Below, in pieces: positions 1-8,814 of a stretch of 30,601 nucleotides of DNA. Position 1 is the first letter of the stretch. Every line of letters starts with the position of its first letter. The translations under genes and the position numbers were made by a program. The notes below the pieces were generated by a model that worked only from the letters and a program-made list of their open reading frames with translations, had not been told where the DNA came from and made no database searches. Where the stretch lies: positions 1-30,601 of IMG/VR virus record IMGVR_UViG_3300017909_002808. One strand, written 5' to 3'. The stretch comes from a virus (taxonomy: Duplodnaviria > Caudoviricetes).

Positions 1-245
1 AAAGCGTTGACAAATCCCCCAGCGTCGATAGATCGATCATGTTCGTAAAGTCCCTTGGTTTCTTCTATTTCGGCCTGAGCATCTAGCTCTTTGACCCTGA
101 GTTCAGAAAGCTGCGCAGCGTATTTAGCTTTCGCCTCCAGCATTGCCAACTCTTGTTTGTTGGCTTGTTGCTGTTTGAAGTAGCCTAGAACCTCCGGCAC
201 GATGGACGTGCCGAAGCCGAGCAGAGTTCCGAGTAAACTAATCAT
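1..245 (-). CDS. Putative holin-like membrane protein (GTA 3TM-holin-like), runs off the left edge
   Basis: Hand-translated, not in the ORF track: ATG at 245, GGAGG RBS upstream, MISLLGTLLGFGTSIVPEVLGYFKQQQANKQELAMLEAKAKYAAQLSELRVKELDAQAEIEETKGLYEHDRSIDAGGFVNA... The hydrophobic N-terminus plus coiled coil is typical of this holin-like family. Confidence 0.6.
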   Translation of the reverse strand, partial: MISLLGTLLGFGTSIVPEVLGYFKQQQANKQELAMLEAKAKYAAQLSELRVKELDAQAEIEETKGLYEHDRSIDAGGFVNA

Positions 246-293
246 TCTCGCCTCCAAAAGATGCGAGGTTATACGACATACTGAATCGTAAAG

Positions 294-602
294 CTAGTCT
301 TCTAGTGCGGGGACTATATGGACTTCATCGGCGGCTTGATCTACGTACGCCATCCGCACCCCCATGCTTTTTTGAAGCTTGCTTCTTACGCGATGGATGC
401 GGTCTTTATTTTTTCTGCCCGGGTTTATTCGCTTGGCCTCTTTTTTCGCATCAAACAAATATGCTTTTCCTGCGGCGTCTATAGCAACAACATCGACCGG
501 TGAATGCGGCGAGAGGGGCGTAAAGACGTAAAAGCCCCTCTCCGTCAGAAAGTTCATCAGGTAAAGTTCGCAAGAAAGACCGTCCTTGTGCCGGGGGTCC
601 AA
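294..602 (-). CDS. PD-(D/E)XK-family nuclease (Holliday-junction-resolvase-like)
   Basis: G..E....FL...GF.VF, then PVDVVAID and LFDAK match the E...PD...(D/E)xK catalytic pattern. TTG start. Confidence 0.65.
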   Translation of the reverse strand: MDPRHKDGLSCELYLMNFLTERGFYVFTPLSPHSPVDVVAIDAAGKAYLFDAKKEAKRINPGRKNKDRIHRVRSKLQKSMGVRMAYVDQAADEVHIVPALED

Positions 603-605
603 CGG

Positions 606-896
606 TCACTTCTTTTTAGCTATGAACGCTGCCGCCCCGAAGTACGCACTGACCACCCCAGCCATGCCTATGTAAAAAAGACTAAAAAGATCCGCCAAAG
701 CTTTTATCCGAGAGTCTGGAAAGATTGGCAAAAATACCAGCGCTGTAAACACCAGCATAGCAATCAAAGCAATCCACGCCATCTGCCGCTGCGAATCCTG
801 CTTATCTATGTTGCTGGCAGCGTTAGCCGCGGCAACCTCCTGTTCAGACAGAACACCGTCGCCGTCGGTGTCTATCTTACGCTTCGCGGGTGCCAT
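606..896 (-). CDS. Two-TM membrane protein (holin-like) with N-terminal EF-hand-like loop
   Basis: DTDGDGVLSEQE is a 12-residue EF-hand loop. Two hydrophobic helices (MAWIALIAMLVFTALVFLPIF; LFSLFYIGMAGVVSAYFGAAAFI) and a basic KKK tail. Confidence 0.6.
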   Translation of the reverse strand: MAPAKRKIDTDGDGVLSEQEVAAANAASNIDKQDSQRQMAWIALIAMLVFTALVFLPIFPDSRIKALADLFSLFYIGMAGVVSAYFGAAAFIAKKK

Positions 897-1088
897 TTAG
901 CAGGACAGGTAGCTGCCGCCTCGCTTCGCTGCGCCCATGCCGCGAACCGTGGCTTTTTTCATGGATGTCGGAACTTTCACGTCCTGACTTTTGCCATAAG
1001 GAATACGACCCTGACCTTGAATGTCGGCGTACTCTACAGCTTTCGGGGCAGCGCCCGGCTTATTCGTTACGATTTTTACGGCAGCCAT
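897..1088 (-). CDS. Small basic virion-associated hypothetical protein
   Basis: 63 aa, coupled to the portal stop by a TAATG overlap. C-terminal RGMGAAKRGG motif of a kind I recognise from related phage head modules. Confidence 0.65.
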   Translation of the reverse strand: MAAVKIVTNKPGAAPKAVEYADIQGQGRIPYGKSQDVKVPTSMKKATVRGMGAAKRGGSYLSC

Positions 1089-3544
1089 TACTGTCTCCTG
1101 TTTTGGCGTTGTTTAAGAATTTCACGTTCCATAGCGGAATTGATTCGAGCCGCAGTCTGCGCTTCTTGGCTCTGAAGCCTCTGGTTGAATTGCTGGTTCC
1201 GCATTTCCATGCCCGCCTGTTCGAGGTCGAGTTTGGCCTTGTCGAGAGCGGCGTCGTTCTGTTCTGATTGAGCCCGAATCTGTAGCTCCTGCTCCTTGAG
1301 TTGAACAAGCGGATCTGGGCCCTGACCTTCGGACGCAACCTGTTGGCTAAGCTGTTTCAACGCCTGCATGCCCTGCGCGATAAGCTGGGCCGTCAACGCT
1401 TCCACTTGCAGCATTTGTTCTTCGCTCAAGGGCTGACCCTGTTGCGCGTTCACCTGTTGCAGGTACTGCACCATTGCCTGCTCCGACGCCTCTATCTTTA
1501 CATGCTCCATGATATGCTTTTGGAGAGTCACTGCGATAGTCGGAGCAGCGGCAACCATCGGTGTCGATCCAAATACCATGTGCGCCATGATATGCGCCTG
1601 ATGGTCCTGACCCTCGAAGGCTTTGAGAGGCATCATGTCCAGCGAGTTGATGTTTTCTTGCGCCGGGTCTATCGGCATCTGCTCGTCTTCCGGAATGCGT
1701 CTAAGGATCTTGTCTGTATCCTTCACGCCAAGCGCGTCGTACATGTCCCGAAGAACTTCGTACATGTTGTGCATTTCGGGAGCGGCCTGAGCAAGCTGAA
1801 GCTTGGTCTGGGCCAAAGCAATACGCTGCGCCTGACTGAACACGTTCGGATCAGATACCGGAAGAACGTCTACGCGCTCATCAAAGTCACTTGCCATGAT
1901 GGTCGAGTCTTCGCCCTCAACCGCAAACGGGTAACGCTGCGGAAGGTAGTCGGACATGACACGGGCAAGTATCTTGAACTCCTGCCGCATGGCGTAGTGC
2001 AGTCTCTTGTGGACCGCCGACATGACGCGAGAGCCTTGCTCCAAAAGTGCGATGGTTGTTCCGACGGCAGCTTGCTGGTTGCCGTCGCCGACCTTCATGT
2101 CCGTGATGGTCGCAAAACGGCGACCGGCGTCTACGACAAAACCCAGCAACTGAAAGAGGGTTGTGTCTGGCCCCTTGAAGGGGAGCGGCATAAGACTGTC
2201 GGAAAGTCGGCCACCGGGCGCGTCAACGTCACGAAACTCACCGGGCTGGAGCGGGTCGTCATCGTCCCTGATCCTCATACCGCGGGCCTTGAAACCGGCG
2301 GGAAGATTAGAGAGAGTACCAGCATCGATAAGCTGGCGGAGCGCCGCGGTGGCCGTTCTTGACAGTCCCCCTATGGTGTGGATTAAACCAAGACCATAGA
2401 AGCCGAAGCCGGGAAGAAACTTGTAATGGACGAAGTACTGAATTTTTTGACGGAGTTCGTCGTCCTCACGGTAGTTGCGACGGATGGAGAGGATTTGACC
2501 GTTGTCTATGGAGATCGTGACGACGTAAGGAACTTTAATTCCCGTGGCTTCGCCGTCGTCGTCAAGATCCTCGTAACCTTCTAGGTCCAGATCAACATGA
2601 CACTCTAGGAGGGTGCAGTCGTAATCGTTGTTTGATGGCAACATGCCATCGATACGATTAACCTCGTCCTGTACGCTGTTATCCTCCGGCTGTCCCGGAA
2701 TAACTGGAATGTCTCTGTAGAAGCCCGCGACCTGCAACTTACGCAAATCGTTGAGGGGCATCTTTACGACTTGACTGATGTTGGGACACGTCTGCAAGTC
2801 CGAAGTGTCGTACGGAACAACAAGGTTCTCCGCAGGCACAAAACGGCTTACCGCCCGTCCCAGCATCTCGTCGTAATAAACCTTCTTGAACGTCGATCCG
2901 GCCAGCGGCAGATAGAACAGCATCTGGTCCAGTTCCGGCGTGTACTCTTCCATCACGTTCGTGATGTAGTAGTTCATAAACTGCTCGACACGATGCGCCT
3001 GACGCACCGTCTCGCCGCTCTCCCGTCCTACGACTGCGGACCGGACCGGTCCCCTTGCCGGGAGAAGCTCGTTAAAAGCTTGCGCCTGAAACTGTGTAGC
3101 CGCCTCCGCCAGTAACGGGTGCGTAACCCCGGTTGCACCGCGAAACGGCTGGGTTCTTTCCTCGTATGAAAATCCCAGAAGCTCCAGACCGTCAGCATAA
3201 GCATCTTCCCACTCCTGCCTGCCAGCGCGGTTGCCTTAGTACTCGTCAAGCAGGTTTCCGGACAACGCGCCAAGCTCTGAGTCCGACATGCCTTCGGCAA
3301 GGTTGCCGTAGAAGTCACCCAAGTCCATCGTGTCTTCTTGCGGATCGAAGTCTACGACGGTGTTTTCGCCCTCTTCGTAGATTTCAATGTCCTCGGGTAT
3401 CTCTTCCGAGACCATCTCCATCACGTCGTTGTCCATCGAACCCGGAAGCTCGACCTCTATCTCGGCGGCGAGGTCTTCTTCGTCTAGCTGCGACGGAACA
3501 TTGGTGTCCATAAGACCGGCCACGGGCCGCGGTTCTCTTGCCAT
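1088..3544 (-). CDS. Phage portal protein (about 818 codons) with one internal in-frame TAA at 3236-3238
   Basis: ORFs 3236..3544 and 1088..3007 are in the same frame. The gap reads DEY*GNRAGRQEWEDAYADGLELLGFSYEERTQPFRGATGVTHPLLAEAATQFQAQAFNELLPARGPV... with no other stop. Portal-typical segments include LPLAGSTFKKVYYD, FLPGFGFYGLG and RQLIDAGTLSNLPAG, and there is a Gln-rich C-terminal coiled coil. It lies downstream of terL. Confidence 0.88.
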
Positions 3545-3614
3545 GCTTCACGTACCTTTTGTAATTGCTTAATACTAGACGTGTTTTGTTAAAATAACAC
3601 CCTTTTTCGGGGCC

Positions 3615-4160
3615 CTACTTTTTCAAGAGCGGATTGTCAAGAGCTTGTTGTAGCACTTTTCGGATTCGACTTTCCAGTGCGTCAAGTTTCGTGTCAATCG
3701 AACTGATCTTCGTGTCAAACCTTTCCTGCGCGGAAGCGATTATGTCACGGATTGTCCTTTCCGACTGGCGCAAGGCTTTTCGCGTCTCTTGGTCCAAGGC
3801 TCTGGACCGCTTGTCAACGTCGGACATGCTGGTGTGCAGTTCAGAAGCCTCGGTCCGCGTGTCAACCCGAACATCTCGCACAATTTCGTGCATCTCGTTG
3901 ACGCGTTCCTTGAGAGCGGCCATTTCGTCTCGAAACAGTACTATTTCGTCGTTTATTTTGGTCTCAATCACCAAAAGCCGTTTATCAAAGCCAGAAAGGT
4001 CAGGTGCCTTGTACTTTTGTATCTGGGCTTTCATGTCCTCATAGTCTTTGTAGACCTCAAAAGCCCCGTATAAGCCGCCGATTAGCGTCGAAAACCCCAA
4101 AGCCACGGCTACCATGCGCCCACCGCGGAATTTCACGCCTGCAAATTCTAATTCTGCCAT
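3615..4160 (-). CDS. Membrane-anchored coiled-coil protein
   Basis: N-terminal hydrophobic helix (MVAVALGFSTLIGGLYGAF) followed by about 130 aa of heptad-rich helix. TAATG overlap with the upstream gene. Confidence 0.75.
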   Translation of the reverse strand: MAELEFAGVKFRGGRMVAVALGFSTLIGGLYGAFEVYKDYEDMKAQIQKYKAPDLSGFDKRLLVIETKINDEIVLFRDEMAALKERVNEMHEIVRDVRVDTRTEASELHTSMSDVDKRSRALDQETRKALRQSERTIRDIIASAQERFDTKISSIDTKLDALESRIRKVLQQALDNPLLKK

Positions 4161-5449
4161 TATTTACTCCACTGAAGCCGCACGAGAGCTTCGTGGGCCG
4201 CGTTAGATGCACCGAAGACAACGTAGTCCTGCGCCGGATTGGACATTGGTGGCCCGTCCGGCACGGTTGCGTTCGTAAAAAACCCCTGAGTGTCGGGTAT
4301 TTCAGCCCCTGTTATTAGTTTTGGCGAAATCATTCCCATCGCGACGATGGTTGTTGTCTGAGATGCAGCCGAATATCGCTGAGACGGCGCTATTTTTGCG
4401 ACCGCTTTCTCCGCAGCCTCCTTCCGACGTTCTTGCTGCGTTTCTGGCTCGGCCTGCTCCTGCTCTTCGGGTTCCGGTTCCGGCTCTTGCTCCGGTTCTG
4501 GCTGAGATTCCGGTTCCGGCTCCTGAGTTTCAGGTTCAACCGGTTCCGGCTGGTCCTGCTCTTCGGATTCCTCCGGCTCTTGCTCTTGTGGTTCAGGCTC
4601 CGGTTCGGGTTCGGGCTCCATTTCAGCCTCAATTCGTGCCTCGGCCATCTGCTCCTCTTGCTGTTCCGGTTCAGGCGCGGAATCAACCGGCGCTATTTCG
4701 ACAGGTTCGATGGCCTCAACCACTGGCTCAGGAGCAGAAGGGCCGAGGTCCGCGGCAACCGGTTCGGGTGCCACGTCTAATTCTATCTGCGGTATGTTTT
4801 CCACGAGTTCCGGCGGAGGCTCTGCGGCCAACGCATCGTTAAACGCTATCTGGTCCAGTATCTGTTGCTCGACCACCGTCTGAAACAGGAGGCTGACGCT
4901 CGGATCCGAAAACTTCGGACCGAACGCGCCGCTGTGAAAGCCAGCGTCGATTCCAAAAAGTTCCAACTGACCAGTCAGCGACGTGTAGTCATTCTCCAGT
5001 ATCTGGTCAGAAAACGTAAACTCCCGCGTTCCGCTAAAATCCAGTTCGACCTGATGCTCAAACTTCTCAACGACGCTTGCCGCCTCCAGAAAAACCAGCG
5101 TGACACGAAAGATATCCCGGCAGTCGCTCCGCTGCGTCAGGCTTGTACAAGTAGACAGGACCGCGTTTGACGGGTGAGATGTCACGTCAATCGACGTGTT
5201 CGCCGTAAACCCCGCCTGTATCTCTGCTTCGGTCAGCGGCACATCAAAGTTGCTGGTGTACGTCGTCCCACCGTTCGACGCGTTGCCCGTACAAAACTCG
5301 CCAACGCTACATCCCGACTGGCTGGATGTAGCAGTGCCCCCGGAAACCGTAAACTCCGACATGGACGGCACCAGATTGCCTGTCGTTTCCTGACAAAAAG
5401 CGGGAGACGAAAGCGCACCAAGGGCGAGCATTGCGGCAAGCCAGCGCAT
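4160..5449 (-). CDS. Exported protein with Cys-containing beta-rich N-domain and long Pro/Glu-rich linker
   Basis: Sec signal peptide (MRWLAAMLALGALSSPAFC), two Cys pairs, and an (EP)n/QEQEPE low-complexity tract of about 130 aa. TGATG overlap with the upstream gene. Confidence 0.8.
   Translation of the reverse strand: MRWLAAMLALGALSSPAFCQETTGNLVPSMSEFTVSGGTATSSQSGCSVGEFCTGNASNGGTTYTSNFDVPLTEAEIQAGFTANTSIDVTSHPSNAVLSTCTSLTQRSDCRDIFRVTLVFLEAASVVEKFEHQVELDFSGTREFTFSDQILENDYTSLTGQLELFGIDAGFHSGAFGPKFSDPSVSLLFQTVVEQQILDQIAFNDALAAEPPPELVENIPQIELDVAPEPVAADLGPSAPEPVVEAIEPVEIAPVDSAPEPEQQEEQMAEARIEAEMEPEPEPEPEPQEQEPEESEEQDQPEPVEPETQEPEPESQPEPEQEPEPEPEEQEQAEPETQQERRKEAAEKAVAKIAPSQRYSAASQTTTIVAMGMISPKLITGAEIPDTQGFFTNATVPDGPPMSNPAQDYVVFGASNAAHEALVRLQWSK
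4430..4680 (-). repeat. Low-complexity coding repeat (Glu-Pro / Gln-Glu)
   Basis: Recurrent ccggttccggctc / tcctgctcttc units on the plus strand, encoding EPEPEPEPQEQEPE. Confidence 0.8.
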
Positions 5450-5985
5450 CAGTCTGAGTATTCTTCGAAGTCGTCGTTCTCTTCGACAACAGGTGCGGTC
5501 TTCTTAACCGCCAGCGCCGCAGCTTTTTCCGCCGCAATACGAATGAGCGAACCCTCCGGGGACTGCTCCGGATTTTTGAGCCACGCTTCCTTGGCCGCGT
5601 CACCAATCTTGCCCATGTACGGACACGGCGTCCCGGCCATCCACAAGCCGTCAAACACCCGCACTTCCTGACACAAAATAGAAATGCCTGCCACCTTCAG
5701 CCCCATTCCAAAAACACTACGTGCAAGCTTGATACGCTCGCAGTTCAGATCGCGGACCGTGGTTCCGCCAGAAAAGCCAACGAAACCTGTCTGGACGGCA
5801 CCGCTCTGTCCCGTCTGGCACACGTCGGAATTGTTTACGACAATAGAAGGGCTCGACGCGGTAGGCGGCGTCTTGTCAATAACTGTCGAGCTACTGACCG
5901 TGGCGCTCGTTACAGTGTCCGTGGCCCACGCGCCGGGAGAAAGAACAACCAGTAGCGCAGCCAGAGCAAGCCCGCGCCGAAACAT
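5449..5985 (-). CDS. Exported Cys-rich protein of a conserved uncharacterised phage family
   Basis: Signal peptide (…SPGAWA), Ser/Thr-rich linker, then PPTASSP…DVC…SGAVQT…GFSGG…RDLNCERIKLAR…MGLKVA…LCQ..RVF…MAGTPCP with four Cys. Confidence 0.8.
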   Translation of the reverse strand: MFRRGLALAALLVVLSPGAWATDTVTSATVSSSTVIDKTPPTASSPSIVVNNSDVCQTGQSGAVQTGFVGFSGGTTVRDLNCERIKLARSVFGMGLKVAGISILCQEVRVFDGLWMAGTPCPYMGKIGDAAKEAWLKNPEQSPEGSLIRIAAEKAAALAVKKTAPVVEENDDFEEYSD

Positions 5986-7230
5986 CTAACCCTGCTTCAT
6001 TACGGACTGCATAAACACGCCAAGTCCGTTTGCTGGAGATGAGATCTCGTTCGTAGGTCCGCGGGCCATGATCCGGTTTACTTGCGCCATGACCTTCGGG
6101 TCAGCCCGCTGCATCAGTGACGAAAAGTCACCGGGTACGCCCGCCTGTTTCAAGAGCCGTGATCCGAGGGCCGCGGACCGTGGGTCTACGTACGGGACGA
6201 CTTTGCTGATTGTTACGCTTTTCTCTATGCCCATGGGCTGTTCAACCTCTCCGCCATCTTCATATCCACCGGTAGGTGTTCTTTCGGCCATACGCCGAAG
6301 TAATTCTCGCCTTGCTGCATCCTGCACAGGGTGGTTTAGCACCGCCTCTGCAAACTCTTCTGGAGCAAGTCTACCTCTCCCCCTACGGCTAAAAAAAGCC
6401 TGAAGAGGAGAAATTCTTACAGACGCTGCAAAAGGGTCACCTTCATACCGTGACGGGATGCCTCGCATGACCGCGGGCCCTTCAAAGTCTTTTTCCGCTG
6501 GGCTTTGTGCGGGAGTGAGGCCCCGGTCTCGCTGCACAATATCCAGAAGCCTCATGTAGTCTTCGTCCATATCCTCTTCAAAAACACCCGGGCCCCTATA
6601 ATTTTCGTCAAGGTCGTCGTCAATTTCGTAGCCACGTAAATCGGGGTCGTCTCCGATGTCGTCGTCAACCCCAAGCATTCTGGTCAGGTAAATATCACCA
6701 GCATGTCCTAGTTCGTGAGCGAGGGTTGCTAGCCCTGCTTGCCTCGACTCTTCCTCCGTATACTTCCGTCCGCGACGCTTCTGTAAACGCGTAAGCTCCG
6801 GTCCCTCTGAGCCATCGGAAGGCGTGGGGAACGAATATCCTACAAAATCTTTAAAAGCACTGACCCCGGTATCTTTCAAAGACGGATCTACCAAACCAAA
6901 GGGGTCACGGCCTCTTTCCCTGAGTTCGTTTACCGCTGCCCTTTGAGCGGACCGCTTCATTTCGTACCCTTTTCCAATAGTGCCTTCTCTTGGGGCATAA
7001 AACCCTGCGGCACTGTAAGTGTCATCGATACGAAGGATTTGATCTAGAGAAAGAGAGTCTAAGCCTAGCTGCGCTAGATAATTGTTCTCAAGAAACGGAG
7101 CGAGGTCGTCAATGTCTTTCTGAACATCGGCCTCTGCGGCGCTAAGTTTTTTCGGGGGCCCCTCCGGATAATACCCAACTTCACCAGCGTCCGGGCTGCC
7201 CGCTCCAAGGTCTACTCTTGATTCCGCCAT
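5986..7230 (-). CDS. Hypothetical protein with HExxH zinc-metallopeptidase motif, possibly virion-internal
   Basis: ATLAHELGHAGD motif, acidic composition, and a GGYEDGGEV segment near the C-terminus. Lies directly after terL. Confidence 0.6.
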   Translation of the reverse strand: MAESRVDLGAGSPDAGEVGYYPEGPPKKLSAAEADVQKDIDDLAPFLENNYLAQLGLDSLSLDQILRIDDTYSAAGFYAPREGTIGKGYEMKRSAQRAAVNELRERGRDPFGLVDPSLKDTGVSAFKDFVGYSFPTPSDGSEGPELTRLQKRRGRKYTEEESRQAGLATLAHELGHAGDIYLTRMLGVDDDIGDDPDLRGYEIDDDLDENYRGPGVFEEDMDEDYMRLLDIVQRDRGLTPAQSPAEKDFEGPAVMRGIPSRYEGDPFAASVRISPLQAFFSRRGRGRLAPEEFAEAVLNHPVQDAARRELLRRMAERTPTGGYEDGGEVEQPMGIEKSVTISKVVPYVDPRSAALGSRLLKQAGVPGDFSSLMQRADPKVMAQVNRIMARGPTNEISSPANGLGVFMQSVMKQG

Positions 7231-7241
7231 GCCGTCCCGTC

Positions 7242-8702
7242 TCAGTAATAGGCGTGGACACGTTGACCGGTTTCAGTGTCTTCCCAGTCGTCCGACGGCA
7301 ACTGAATAAAGTTGCCCTGACGGTAACGCATCAACGCCTGTGTCATGCTATCAACCAAGTCATCATATTCTCCGTTAGGAAAAGCTGCAACTTCTTCTAT
7401 CATCTCGTCCGCGAACAACTCGTCGGGGGCCCACACCATTCCGGCCTCAAAAAGCGGCGACACAGAATGCACACGCGTTACCTTGTCCGACCCCTTCGAC
7501 GGCGTGTAGTTGACAACAGGAATACCAATCTGACGTAGCTCGTGTGTCAGCGGCATACCGCTTGCCTTCGCCTCAACAATTACCGTATCCGGTTCCCAGT
7601 AGTTGTACTGGTCGTACGCCTGCTCCTTCAGTTCAGGAAAATCCCACCGACCCTTCTTACTGTCCAACAGGATAAGGTTCGGGGGGCCCCCTTCCTCCGG
7701 ATAAAAAACACCCCACGTCGTTATCGCACTAAAGTCCGCCGTCTCGCGTTTACTGAACGCCGTGTCATAGCTCTGGATGACGTACTGCAACTGAGGGACC
7801 ACGTCCTTCTCCCACCGTTTCCACCACTCACGCGGAATAATCGCATTCTCTTCGCCCGTCGGGTTTTGCTGATACTGGGCATTCCACTTCGACGGCGGGA
7901 TAGATGCGCGGACCGCGGTCAGATCCTCAAGCGACCAGTACTGGGGCCAGCACGGTTCGCCGTTCTCGAATATCGCAGGTAGCTCCACAACCTCCCACTG
8001 GTCAGCCAACGGATCTTTAGCCATGGACCGAAGTAACTGCCCGGTCATGTCCTTCTCCGACCACCGGGTCTGGACCAGCACAATCGACCCACCCGGCTGG
8101 AGCCTCTGTCGGGGGCCCCCAGTGTACCACTCCCACGCATCGTCAAAACCACTGTTCGACATCGCCGTCTGTTCCGAGTGCGGATCGTCAATGACCACAA
8201 GATCGCCACCACGTCCGGCCAAGTTCGATCCAACACCAACGGCGTAGTACATGCCGCCACGGTTCGTGTCCCAGCGACCCGACGCTTTACTGTCCGCAGC
8301 CAACGCGACCTCGGGAAAAACCTCCTTGTACTCGTCCGTCTCAATAAGATTCTTGACCTTACGACCAAAGTTCACGGCAAGCTCTGTCGTATGCGTCGCT
8401 TGAATGATCTTCATCCGCGGATCACGTCCCATCATCCACGCAGGGAACAAATAACTTGCGAACTCAGACTTCGTGTGACGCGGGGCCATGTTGATTATTA
8501 AACGCTTCAACTCGCCCGTTGCTACACGCTCAAACTTCTCTGCAATAATCTTGTGATGTCGCCCCGCAATGAAGTCGGGCCACATTGCTCGGACAAAAGT
8601 CAAAAAATCATTTTGACATTTTTCGTGCTTCTCAAGCTGCGCTAAACGCAGTTCAAGTTTCAGTCTTTTTGCTTCTGCTTCGGGCGTCATTTGGTTAGGC
8701 AT
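7242..8702 (-). CDS. terL: Terminase large subunit
   Basis: Walker A variant INMAPRHTKSE, Walker B GDLVVIDDPH, coupling motif VQTRW, RNase H-like nuclease residues QSYDTA and EYDDLVDS. Confidence 0.95.
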   Translation of the reverse strand: MPNQMTPEAEAKRLKLELRLAQLEKHEKCQNDFLTFVRAMWPDFIAGRHHKIIAEKFERVATGELKRLIINMAPRHTKSEFASYLFPAWMMGRDPRMKIIQATHTTELAVNFGRKVKNLIETDEYKEVFPEVALAADSKASGRWDTNRGGMYYAVGVGSNLAGRGGDLVVIDDPHSEQTAMSNSGFDDAWEWYTGGPRQRLQPGGSIVLVQTRWSEKDMTGQLLRSMAKDPLADQWEVVELPAIFENGEPCWPQYWSLEDLTAVRASIPPSKWNAQYQQNPTGEENAIIPREWWKRWEKDVVPQLQYVIQSYDTAFSKRETADFSAITTWGVFYPEEGGPPNLILLDSKKGRWDFPELKEQAYDQYNYWEPDTVIVEAKASGMPLTHELRQIGIPVVNYTPSKGSDKVTRVHSVSPLFEAGMVWAPDELFADEMIEEVAAFPNGEYDDLVDSMTQALMRYRQGNFIQLPSDDWEDTETGQRVHAYY

Positions 8703-8720
8703 CTTACGGGGCCCCTAGAG

Positions 8721-8738
8721 ATGTTTCACGTGAAACAT
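8721..8738. promoter_or_regulatory. parS: parS (ParB/Spo0J-binding centromere) palindrome
   Basis: ATGTTTCACGTGAAACAT. Positions 8722-8737 are an exact match to the bacterial chromosomal parS consensus TGTTTCACGTGAAACA. Confidence 0.85.
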
Positions 8739-8765
8739 ATGGGATGGTTCTTATCCAATCAAGTC

Positions 8766-8794
8766 ATATCAAAATATCACATATCGTATGTCAA
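8766..8794 (-). promoter_or_regulatory. Candidate promoter for the terL/head operon
   Basis: TTGACA (8794-8789), 17 nt, then TGATAT. It sits in an AT-rich patch with three GATAT repeats. The -10 is weak. Confidence 0.45.
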
Positions 8795-8814
8795 AAACAT
8801 GGTCTTACACTCGT

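Noticed and set aside
3008-3235. Intron, intein or frameshift in the portal gap
   Set aside because: The gap is exactly 76 codons, in frame and portal-like. Only one stop codon separates the two ORFs.
504-8501. Plus-strand ORFs such as 504..1175, 1301..2362, 4321..4842 and 7542..7982
   Set aside because: They are antisense shadows of clear minus-strand genes, with no recognisable motifs or RBS.
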